Source: Paragordius varius (taxonomy: Eukaryota; Animalia; Nematomorpha). From it: a stretch of 64,000 nt of DNA. The stretch covers positions 1,674,001 through 1,738,000 of the forward strand of contig OZ176050.1 in the NCBI GenBank assembly GCA_964247055.1. Direction: 5' to 3'. The notes beneath the pieces are model-generated. The model saw nothing but the letters and a program-made list of their open reading frames with translations, had not been told where the DNA came from and searched no databases. The position numbers were made by a program, and so were the translations under genes. Shown here piece by piece: positions 1 to 11,398 of the stretch. The stretch's first letter is position 1. Every line of letters begins with the position of its first letter.

Positions 1-892
1 TAGTTTGACAAACTCTTTCATATCCGATTTTTCAACGATACTTTAAAAATTAATCTATAAAACTAGTCGCATCAATACTCAAATTAAACTTTGTCCTTAA
101 AAATCGATATTGGTCACCGGTGAACAAAATTATTTTTTATATATTCTCTTAGCAAGACTACATCAAAATATAGAGATAGTTTGACAAACTCTTTCATATC
201 CGATTTTTACAACGATACTTTTAAAATTAATGTATAAAACTAGTCGCATCAATACTCAAGTTAAACTTTGTCCTTAAAAATCGATATTGGTCACCGGTGA
301 ACAAAACTACTATTTTTTATACATTTTCTTAGTAAGGCTACATCAAAATATAGAGATAGTTTGACAAACTATTTCATATCCGATTTTTACAACGACACAT
401 CAGAAATTAATGTATAAAACTAATCGCATCAATACTCAAGTTAAACTTTGTCCTTAAAAATCGGATATTGGTCACCGGTGAACAAAATTATTTTTTATAC
501 ATTCTCTTTGTAGGACTACATCAAAATATAGAGATAGTTTGGCAAACTCTTTCATATCCGATTTTTACAACGATACTTTTAAAATTAATGTATAAAACTA
601 GTCGCATCAATACTCAAGTTAAACTTTGTCCTTAAAAATCGATATTGGTCACCGGTGAACAAAACTACTATTTTTTATACATTTTCTTAGTAAGGCTACA
701 TCAAAATATAGAGATAGTTTGACAAACTATTTCATATCCGATTTTTACAACGACACATCAGAAATTAATGTATAAAACTAATCGCATCAATACTCAAGTT
801 AAACTTTGTCCTTAAAAATCGGATATTGGTCACCGGTGAACAAAATTATTTTTTATACATTCTCTTAGTAGGACTACATCAAAATATAGAGA

Positions 893-1083
893 TAGTTTGG
901 CAAACTCTTTCATATCCGATTTTTACAACGATACTTTATAAATTAATGTATAAAACTAGTCGTATCAATAAGTCGCATCAATACTCAAGTTAAACTTTGT
1001 TTTTGAAAATCGGATATTGTTCACCGGTGAACAAAATTATTTTTTATACATTCTCTTAGTAAGACTACATCAAAATATAGAGA
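893..1083 (+). repeat. Representative 191-bp monomer class (13-bp tandem duplication AGTCGYATCAATA x2)
   Basis: Contains CT-AGTCGTATCAATA-AGTCGCATCAATA-CTC; start-to-start distance 191. The class occurs throughout the window. Confidence 0.97.
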
Positions 1084-2002
1084 TAGTTTGACAAACTCTT
1101 TCATATCCGATTTTTACAACGATACTTTAAAAATTAATGTGTTAAACTAGTCGCATCAATACTCAAGTTAAACTTTGTCCTTAAAAATCGAATATTGGTC
1201 ACCGGTGAACAAAATTATTTTTTATACATTCTCTTAGTAAGACTACATCAAAATATAGAGATAGTTTGACAAACTCTTTCATATCCGATTTTTACAACGA
1301 TACTTTAAAAATTAATGTGTTAAACTAGTCGCATCAATATTTAAATTAAACTTTGTCCTTAAAAATCGACATTGGTCACCGGTGAACAAAATTATTTTTT
1401 ATATATTCTCTTAGTAGGACTACATCAAAATATAGAGATAGTTTGGCAAACTCTTTCATATCCGATTTTTACAACGATACTTTATAAATTAATGTATAAA
1501 ACTAGTCGTATAAATAAGTCGCATCAATACTCAAGTTAAACTTTGTCCTTAAAAATCGGATATTGGTCACCGGTGAACAAAATTATTTTTTATACATTCT
1601 CTTGGCAAGACTACATCAAAATATAGAGATAGTTTGACAAACTCTTTCATATCCGATTTTTACAACGATACTTTATAAATTAATGTATTAAACTAGTCGC
1701 ATCAATACTCAAATTAAACTTTGTCCTTAAAAATCGATATTGGTCACCGGTGAACAAAATTATTTTTTATATATTCTCTTAGTAGGACTACATCAAAATA
1801 TAGAGATAGTTTGGCAAACTCTTTCAGAACCGATTTTTACAACGATACTTTATAAATTAATGTATTAAACTAGTCGCATCAATACTCAAATTAAACTTTG
1901 TCCTTAAAAATCGATATTGGTAACCGGTGAACAAAATTATTTTTTATACATTCTCTTAGTAAGACTACATCAAAATATGGAAATAGTTTGACAAACTCTT
2001 TC

Positions 2003-2095
2003 ATATCCGATTTTTACAACGATACTTTAAAAATTAATGTATAAAACTAGTCGCATCAATACTCAAGTTAAACTTTGTCCTTAAAAATCGGATAT
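2003..2095. other. Perfect 14-bp inverted repeat within the monomer (ATATCCGATTTTTA / TAAAAATCGGATAT, 65-bp spacer); example copy
   Basis: 2003-2016 is the exact reverse complement of 2082-2095 (consensus positions 20-33 and 99-112). ACTAGT (2046-2051) lies about on the axis. Confidence 0.95.
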
Positions 2096-2112
2096 TGGTC
2101 ACCGGTGAACAA
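2095..2112. other. 18-bp near-perfect palindrome TTGGTCACCGGTGAACAA (perfect core TCACCGGTGA); example copy
   Basis: Self-complementary except for one G/A pair; directly abuts the right arm of the 14-bp inverted repeat. Confidence 0.95.
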
Positions 2113-2152
2113 AATTATTTTTTATACATTCTCTTAGCAAGACTACATCAAA

Positions 2153-2184
2153 ATATAGAGATAGTTTGACAAACTCTTTCATAT
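2153..2184. other. ~32-bp quasi-palindrome across the monomer junction, core AGTTTG-N-CAAACT; example copy
   Basis: The core 2163-2175 has perfect 6-bp arms around one central base. The outer arms ATATAGAGAT / CTTTCATAT pair with two mismatches and one bulge. Confidence 0.85.
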
Positions 2185-5100
2185 CCGATTTTTACAACGA
2201 TACTTTAAAAATTAATGTATAAAACTTGTCGTATCAATAAATCGCATCAATACTCAAGTACTTTGTCCTTAAAAATCGGATATTGGTCATCGGTGAACAA
2301 AATTATTTTTTATACATTCTCTTAGTAGGACTACATCAAAATATAGAGATAGTTTGACAAACTCTTTCATATCCGATTTTTACAACGATACTTTAAAAAT
2401 TAATGTGTTAAACTAGTCGCATCAATACTCAAGTTAAACTTTGTCCTTAAAAATCGAATATTGGTCACCGGTGAACAAAATTATTTTTTATACATTCTCT
2501 TAGTAAAACTACATCAAAAAATAGAGATAGTTTGACAAACTCTTTCATATCCGATTTTTACAACGATACTTTAAATATTAATGCATAAAACTAGTCGCAT
2601 CAATATTCAAGTTAAACTTTGTCCTTAAAAATCGAATATTGGTCACCGGTGAACAAAATTATTTTTTATATATTCTCTTAGTAAGACTACATCAAAATAT
2701 AGAGATAGTTTGACAAACTCCTTCATATCCGATTTTTACAACGATACTTTAAAAATTAATGTGTTAAACTAGTCGCATCAATACTCGAGTTAAACTTTGT
2801 CCTTAAAAATCGGATATTGGTCACCGGTGAACAAAATTATTTTTTATACATTCTCTTAGTAAGACTACATCAAAATATAGAGATAGTTTGACAAACTCTT
2901 TCATATCCGATTTTTACAACGATACTTTAAAAATTAATGTATTAAACTAGTCGCATCAATACTCAAGTTAAACTTTGTCCTTAAAAATCGGATATTGGTC
3001 ACCGGTGAACAAAATTATTTTTTATACATTCTCTTAGCAAGACTACATCAAAATATAGAGATAGTTTGACAAACTCTTTCATATCCGATTTTTACAACGA
3101 TAATTTATAAATTAGTCGTATCAATAAGTCGCATCAATACTCAAGTTAAACTTTGTCCTTAAAAATCTGATATTGGTCACCGGTGAACAAAATTATTTTT
3201 TATACATTCTCTTAGTAGGACTACATCAAAATATAGAGATAGTTTGACAAACTCTTTCATATCCGATTTTTACAACGATACTTTAAAAATTAATCTATAA
3301 AACTAGTCGCATCAATACTCAAATTAAACTTTGTCCTTAAAAATCGATATTGGTCACCGGTGAACAAAATTATTTTTTATATATTCTCTTAGCAAGACTA
3401 CATCAAAATATAGAGATAGTTTGACAAACTCTTTCATATCCGATTTTTACAACGATACTTTAAAAATTAATGTATAAAACTAGTCGTATCAATAAATCGC
3501 ATCAATACTCAAGTTAAACTTTGTCCTTAAAAATCGGATATTGGTCACCGGTGAACAAAATTATTTTTTATACATTCTCTTAGAAAGACTATATCAAAAT
3601 ATAGAGATAGTTTGACAAACTCTTTCATATCCGATTTTTACAACGATACTTTTAAAATTAATGTATAAAACTAGTCGCATCAATACTCAAGTTAAACTTT
3701 GTCCTTAAAAATCGATATTGGTCACCGGTGAACAAAACTACTATTTTTTATACATTTTCTTAGTAAGGCTACATCAAAATATAAGATAGTTTGACAAACT
3801 ATTTCATATCCGATTTTTACAACGACACATCAGAAATTAATGTATAAAACTAATCGCATCAATACTCAAGTTAAACTTTGTCCTTAAAAATCGGATATTG
3901 GTCACCGGTGAACAAAATTATTTTTTATACATTCTCTTAGTAAGACTACATCAAAATATAGAGATAGTTTGACAAACTCTTTCATATCCGATTTTTACAA
4001 CGATACTTTAAAAATTAATGTATAAAACTAGTCTTATCAATAAATCGCATCAATACTCAAGTTAAACTTTGTCCTTAAAAATCGGATATTGGTCACCGGT
4101 GAACAAAATTATTTTTTATACATTCTCTTAGTAGGACTACATCAAAATATAGAGATAGTTTGGCAAACTCTTTCATATCCGATTTTTACAACGATACTTT
4201 ATAAATTAATGTATAAAACTAGTTGCATCAACACTCAAGTTAAACTTTGTCCTTAAAATTCGAATATTGGTCACCGGTGAACAAAATTATTTTTTATACA
4301 TTCTCTTAGTAAGACTACATCAAAATATAGAGATAGTTTGACAAACTCTTTCATATCCGATTTTTACAACGATACTTTAAAAATTAATGTGTTAAACTAG
4401 TCGTATCAATAAATCGCATCAATACTCAAGTTAAACTTTGTCCTTAAAAATCGGATATTGGTCACCGGTGAACAAAATTATTTTTTATACATTCTCTTAG
4501 TAGGACTACATCAAAATATAGAGATAGTTTGACAAACTCTTTCATATCCGATTTTTCAACGATACTTTAAAAATTAATCTATAAAACTAGTCGCATCAAT
4601 ACTCAAATTAAACTTTGTCCTTAAAAATCGATATTGGTCACCGGTGAACAAAATTATTTTTTATATATTCTCTTAGCAAGACTACATCAAAATATAGAGA
4701 TAGTTTGACAAACTCTTTCATATCCGATTTTTACAACGATACTTTTAAAATTAATGTATAAAACTAGTCGCATCAATACTCAAGTTAAACTTTGTCCTTA
4801 AAAATCGATATTGGTCACCGGTGAACAAAACTACTATTTTTTATACATTTTCTTAGTAAGGCTACATCAAAATATAGAGATAGTTTGACAAACTATTTCA
4901 TATCCGATTTTTACAACGACACATCAGAAATTAATGTATAAAACTAATCGCATCAATACTCAAGTTAAACTTTGTCCTTAAAAATCGGATATTGGTCACC
5001 GGTGAACAAAATTATTTTTTATACATTCTCTTTGTAGGACTACATCAAAATATAGAGATAGTTTGGCAAACTCTTTCATATCCGATTTTTACAACGATAC

Positions 5101-7051
5101 TTTTAAAATTAATGTATAAAACTAGTCGCATCAATACTCAAGTTAAACTTTGTCCTTAAAAATCGATATTGGTCACCGGTGAACAAAACTACTATTTTTT
5201 ATACATTTTCTTAGTAAGGCTACATCAAAATATAGAGATAGTTTGACAAACTATTTCATATCCGATTTTTACAACGACACATCAGAAATTAATGTATAAA
5301 ACTAATCGCATCAATACTCAAGTTAAACTTTGTCCTTAAAAATCGGATATTGGTCACCGGTGAACAAAATTATTTTTTATATATTCTCTTAGTAGGACTA
5401 CATCAAAATATAGAGATAGTTTGGCAAACTCTTTCATATCCGATTTTTACAACGATACTTTATAAATTAATGTATAAAACTAGTCGTATCAATAAGTCGC
5501 ATCAATACTCAAGTTAAACTTTGTTTTTAAAAATCGGATATTGTTCACCGGTGAACAAAATTATTTTTTATACATTCTCTTAGTAAGACTACATCAAAAT
5601 ATAGAGATAGTTTGACAAACTCTTTCATATCCGATTTTTACAACGATACTTTAAAAATTAATGTGTTAAACTAGTCGCATCAATACTCAAGTTAAACTTT
5701 GTCTTTAAAAATCGAATATTGGTCACCGGTGAACAAAATTATTTTTTATACATTCTCTTAGTAAGACTACATCAAAATATAGAGATAGTTTGACAAACTC
5801 TTTCATATCCGATTTTTACAACGATACTTTAAAAATTAATGTGTTAAACTAGTCGCATCAATATTTAAATTAAACTTTGTCCTTAAAAATCGACATTGGT
5901 CACCGGTGAACAAAATTATTTTTTATATATTCTCTTAGTAGGACTACATCAAAATATAGAGATAGTTTGGCAAACTCTTTCATATCCGATTTTTACAACG
6001 ATACTTTATAAATTAATGTATAAAACTAGTCGTATAAATAAGTCGCATCAATACTCAAGTTAAACTTTGTCCTTAAAAATCGGATATTGGTCACCGGTGA
6101 ACAAAATTATTTTTTATACATTCTCTTGGCAAGACTACATCAAAATATAGAGATAGTTTGACAAACTCTTTCATATCCGATTTTTACAACGATACTTTAT
6201 AAATTAATGTATTAAACTAGTCGCATCAATACTCAAATTAAACTTTGTCCTTAAAAATCGATATTGGTCACCGGTGAACAAAATTATTTTTTATATATTC
6301 TCTTAGTAGGACTACATCAAAATATAGAGATAGTTTGGCAAACTCTTTCAGAACCGATTTTTACAACGATACTTTATAAATTAATGTATTAAACTAGTCG
6401 CATCAATACTCAAATTAAACTTTGTCCTTAAAAATCGATATTGGTAACCGGTGAACAAAATTATTTTTTATACATTCTCTTAGTAAGACTACATCAAAAT
6501 ATGGAAATAGTTTGACAAACTCTTTCATATCCGATTTTTACAACGATACTTTAAAAATTAATGTATAAAACTAGTCGCATCAATACTCAAGTTAAACTTT
6601 GTCCTTAAAAATCGGATATTGGTCACCGGTGAACAAAATTATTTTTTATACATTCTCTTAGCAAGACTACATCAAAATATAGAGATAGTTTGACAAACTC
6701 TTTCATATCCGATTTTTACAACGATACTTTAAAAATTAATGTATAAAACTTGTCGTATCAATAAATCGCATCAATACTCAAGTACTTTGTCCTTAAAAAT
6801 CGGATATTGGTCATCGGTGAACAAAATTATTTTTTATACATTCTCTTAGTAGGACTACATCAAAATATAGAGATAGTTTGACAAACTCTTTCATATCCGA
6901 TTTTTACAACGATACTTTAAAAATTAATGTGTTAAACTAGTCGCATCAATACTCAAGTTAAACTTTGTCCTTAAAAATCGAATATTGGTCACCGGTGAAC
7001 AAAATTATTTTTTATACATTCTCTTAGTAAAACTACATCAAAAAATAGAGA

Positions 7052-7938
7052 TAGTTTGACAAACTCTTTCATATCCGATTTTTACAACGATACTTTAAAA
7101 ATTAATGTGTTAAACTAGTCGCATCAATACTTAAATTAAACTTTGTCCTTAAAAATCGATATTGGTCACCGGTGAACAAAATTATTTTTTATACATTCTC
7201 TTAGTAAGACTACATCAAAATATAGAGATAGTTTGACAAACTCTTTCATATCCGATTTTTACAACGATACTTTAAAAATTAATGTGTTAAACTAGTCGCA
7301 TCAATACTCAAGTTAAACTTTGTCCTTAAAAATCGAATATTGGTCACCGGTGAACAAAATTATTTTTTATACATTCTCTTAGTAAGACTACATCAAAATA
7401 TAGAGATAGTTTGACAAACTCTTTCATATCCGATTTTTACAACGATACTTTAAAAATTAATGTGTTAAACTAGTCGCATCAATACTTAAATTAAACTTTG
7501 TCCTTAAAAATCGATATTGGTCACCGGTGAACAAAATTATTTTTTATATATTCTCTTAGTAAGACTACATCAAAATATAGAGATAGTTTGACAAACTCTT
7601 TCATATCCGATTTTTACAACGATACTTTAAAAATTAATGTGTTAAACTAGTCGCATCAATACTCAAGTTAAACTTTGTCCTTAAAAATCGAATATTGGTC
7701 ACCGGTGAATAAAATTATTTTTTATACATTCTCTTAGTAAGACTACATCAAAATATAGAGATAGTTTGACAAACTCTTTCATATCCGATTTTTACAACGA
7801 TACTTTAAAAATTAATGTGTTAAACTAGTCGCATCAATACTTAAATTAAACTTTGTCCTTAAAAATCGATATTGGTCACCGGTGAACAAAATTATTTTTT
7901 ATATATTCTCTTAGTAGGACTACATCAAAATATAGAGA
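7052..7938 (+). repeat. Local dimer higher-order repeat (177+178 = 355 bp), 2.5 copies
   Basis: Alternating CTTAAATTA/ATCGAT and CTCAAGTTA/CGAAT monomers, all with TGTGTT; lengths sum to 887. Confidence 0.85.
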
Positions 7939-10900
7939 TAGTTTGGCAAACTCTTTCATATCCGATTTTTACAACGATACTTTATAAATTAATGTATAAA
8001 ACTAGTCGTATAAATAAGTCGCATCAATACTCAAGTTAAACTTTGTCCTTAAAAATCGGATATTGGTCACCGGTGAACAAAATTATTTTTTATACATTCT
8101 CTTGGCAAGACTACATCAAAATATAGAGATAGTTTGACAAACTCTTTCATATCCGATTTTTACAACGATACTTTATAAATTAATGTATTAAACTAGTCGC
8201 ATCAATACTCAAATTAAACTTTGTCCTTAAAAATCGATATTGGTCACCGGTGAACAAAATTATTTTTTATATATTCTCTTAGTAGGACTACATCAAAATA
8301 TAGAGATAGTTTGGCAAACTCTTTCATATCCGATTTTTACAACGATACTTTAAAAATTAATGTATAAAACTTGTCGTATCAATAAATAGCATCAATACTC
8401 AAGTACTTTGTCCTTAAAAATCGGATATTGGTCATCGGTGAACAAAATTATTTTTTATACATTCTCTTAGTAGGACTACATCAAAATATAGAGATAGTTT
8501 GACAAACTCTTTCATATCCGATTTTTACAACGATACTTTAAAAATTAATGTGTTAAACTAGTCGCATCAATACTCAAGTTAAACTTTGTCCTTAAAAATC
8601 GAATATTGGTCACCGGTGAACAAAATTATTTTTTATACATTCTCTTAGTAAGACTACATCAAAAAATAGAGATAGTTTGACAAACTCTTTCATATCCGAT
8701 TTTTACAACGATACTTTAAAAATTAATGTGTTAAACTAGTCGCATCAATACTTAAATTAAACTTTGTCCTTAAAAATCGATATTGGTCACCGGTGAACAA
8801 AATTATTTTTTATACATTCTCTTAGTAAGACTACATCAAAATATAGAGATAGTTTGACAAACTCTTTCATATCCGATTTTTACAACGATACTTTAAAAAT
8901 TAATGTATAAAACTTGTCGTATCAATAAATCGCATCAATACTCAAGTACTTTGTCCTTAAAAATCGGATATTGGTCATCGGTGAACAAAATTATTTTTTA
9001 TACATTCTCTTAGTAGGACTACATCTAAATATAGAGATAGTTTGACAAACTCTTTCATATCCAATTTTTACAACGATACTTTATAAATTAATGTATTAAA
9101 CTAGTCGCATCAATACTCAAGTTAAACTTTGTCCTTAAAAATCGGATATTGGTCACCGGTGAACAAAATTATTTTTTATACATTCTCTTAGCAAGACTAC
9201 ATCAAAATATAGAGATAGTTTTACAAACTCTTTCATATCCGATTTTTACAACGATACTTTATAAATTAATGTATTAAACTAGTCGCATCAATACTCAAGT
9301 TTAACTTTGTCCTTAAAAATCGAATATTGCTCACCGGTGAACAAAATTATTTTTTATACATTCTCTTAGTAAGACTACATCAAAATATAGAGATAGTTTG
9401 ACACACTCTTTCATATCCGATTTTTACAACGATACTTTAAAAATTAATGTATAAAACTTGTCGTATCAATAAATCGCATCAATACTCAAGTTAAACTTTG
9501 TCCTTAAAAATCGGATATTGGTCATCGGTGAACAAAATTATTTTTTATACATTCTCTTAGTAAGACTACATCAAAATATAGAGATAGTTTGACAAACTCT
9601 TTCATATCCGATTTTTACAACGATACTTTAAAAATTAATGTGTTAAACTAGTCGCATCAATACTCAAGTTAAACTTTGTCCTTAAAAATCGAATATTGGT
9701 CACCGGTGAAAATATTATTTTTTATACATTCTCTTAGTAAGACTACATCAAAATATAGAGATAGTTTGACAAACTCTTTCATATCCGATTTTTACAACGA
9801 TACTTTAAAAATTAATGTGTTAAACTAGTCGCATCAATACTTAAATTAAACTTTGTCCTTAAAAATCGATATTGGTCACCGGTGAACAAAATTATTTTTT
9901 ATATATTCTCTTAGTAAGACTACATCAAAATATAGAGATAGTTTGACAAACTCTTTCATATCCGATTTTTACAACGATACTTTAAAAATTAATGTGTTAA
10001 ACTAGTCGCATCAATACTCAAGTTAAACTTTGTCCTTAAAAATCGAATATTGGTCACCGGTGAATAAAATTATTTTTTATACATTCTCTTAGTAAGACTA
10101 CATCAGAATATAGAGATAGTTTGACAAACTCTTTCATATCCGATTTTTACAACGATACTTTAAAAATTAATGTGTTAAACTAGTCGCATCAATACTTAAA
10201 TTAAACTTTGTCCTTAAAAATCGATATTGGTCACCGGTGAACAAAATTATTTTTTATATATTCTCTTAGTAGGACTACATCAAAATATAGAGATAGTTTG
10301 GCAAACTCTTTCATATCCGATTTTTACAACGATACTTTATAAATTAATGTATAAAACTAGTCGTATAAATAAGTCGCATCAATACTCAAGTTAAACTTTG
10401 TCCTTAAAAATCGGATATTGGTCACCGGTGAACAAAATTATTTTTTATACATTCTCTTGGCAAGACTACATCAAAATATAGAGATAGTTTGACAAACTCT
10501 TTCATATCCGATTTTTACAACGATACTTTATAAATTAATGTATTAAACTAGTCGCATCAATACTCAAATTAAACTTTGTCCTTAAAAATCGATATTGGTC
10601 ACCGGTGAACAAAATTATTTTTTATATATTCTCTTAGTAGGACTACATCAAAATATAGAGATAGTTTGGCAAACTCTTTCAGAACCGATTTTTACAACGA
10701 TACTTTATAAATTAATGTATTAAACTAGTCGCATCAATACTCAAATTAAACTTTGTCCTTAAAAATCGATATTGGTAACCGGTGAACAAAATTATTTTTT
10801 ATACATTCTCTTAGTAAGACTACATCAAAATATGGAAATAGTTTGACAAACTCTTTCATATCCGATTTTTACAACGATACTTTAAAAATTAATGTATAAA

Positions 10901-11398
10901 ACTTGTCGTATCAATAAATCGCATCAATACTCAAGTTAAACTTTGTCCTTAAAAATCGGATATTGGTCATCGGTGAACAAAATTATTTTTTATACATTCT
11001 CTTAGTAGGACTACATCAAAATATAGAGATAGTTTGGCAAACTCTTTCATATCCGATTTTTACAACGATACTTTAAAAATTAATGTATAAAACTAGTCGT
11101 ATCAATAAATCGCATCAATACTCAAGTTAAACTTTGTCTTTATAAATCGGATATTGGTCACCGGTGAACAAAATTATTTTTTATACATTCTCTTAGTAGG
11201 ACTACATCAAAATAAAGAGATAGTTTGGCAAACTCTTTCATATCCAATTTTTACAACGATACTTTATAAATTAATGTATTAAACTAGTCGCATCAATACT
11301 CAAGTTAAACTTTGTCCTTAAAAATCGGATATTGGTCACCGGTGAACAAAATTATTTTTTATACATTCTCTTAGTAGGACTACATCAAAATATAGAGA

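Larger units (their letters stand above)
1984..2161 (+). repeat. Representative near-consensus 178-bp monomer (strand arbitrary)
   Basis: Counted start-to-start distance 1984 to 2162 is 178 bp. Differs from the consensus only by GCAAG vs GTAAG. Confidence 0.97.
1..7098 (+). repeat. Block duplication, offset 4524 bp (25 monomers): 1-~2574 copied at 4525-~7098
   Basis: Rare markers repeat at +4524: TTTTCAAC/AATCTA monomer at 1 and 4525; CAGAACCG at 1827 and 6351. Monomer lengths from 1 to 4524 sum to 25 units. Confidence 0.93.

Noticed and set aside
5-10. TTGACA, the sigma70 -35 consensus, in most monomers
   Set aside because: No TATAAT-like hexamer 16-18 bp downstream (ATTTTTAC). It is part of the junction dyad, changes freely to TTGGCA, and the context is not a prokaryotic gene region.
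2003-2030. CENP-B box
   Set aside because: No match to TTCG-N4-A-N2-CGGG on either strand of the consensus.
2095-2140. Canonical Helitron1 3' end (hairpin plus CTRR)
   Set aside because: No CTAG or CTRR terminus about 10-15 bp after the palindrome on either strand; only the Helentron-like reading was kept, as a hypothesis.
2135-2147. Short dyads TAGT-AAG-ACTA and TGTAG-GA-CTACA
   Set aside because: Arms of 4-5 bp are expected by chance at 72% AT, and the common GCAAG variant breaks them.
1984-2161. Helically phased A-tracts (intrinsic curvature)
   Set aside because: A/T tracts are abundant, but centres at about 30, 48, 62, 102, 130, 138 and 169 do not show a clear 10-11-bp period. A curvature calculation would be needed.
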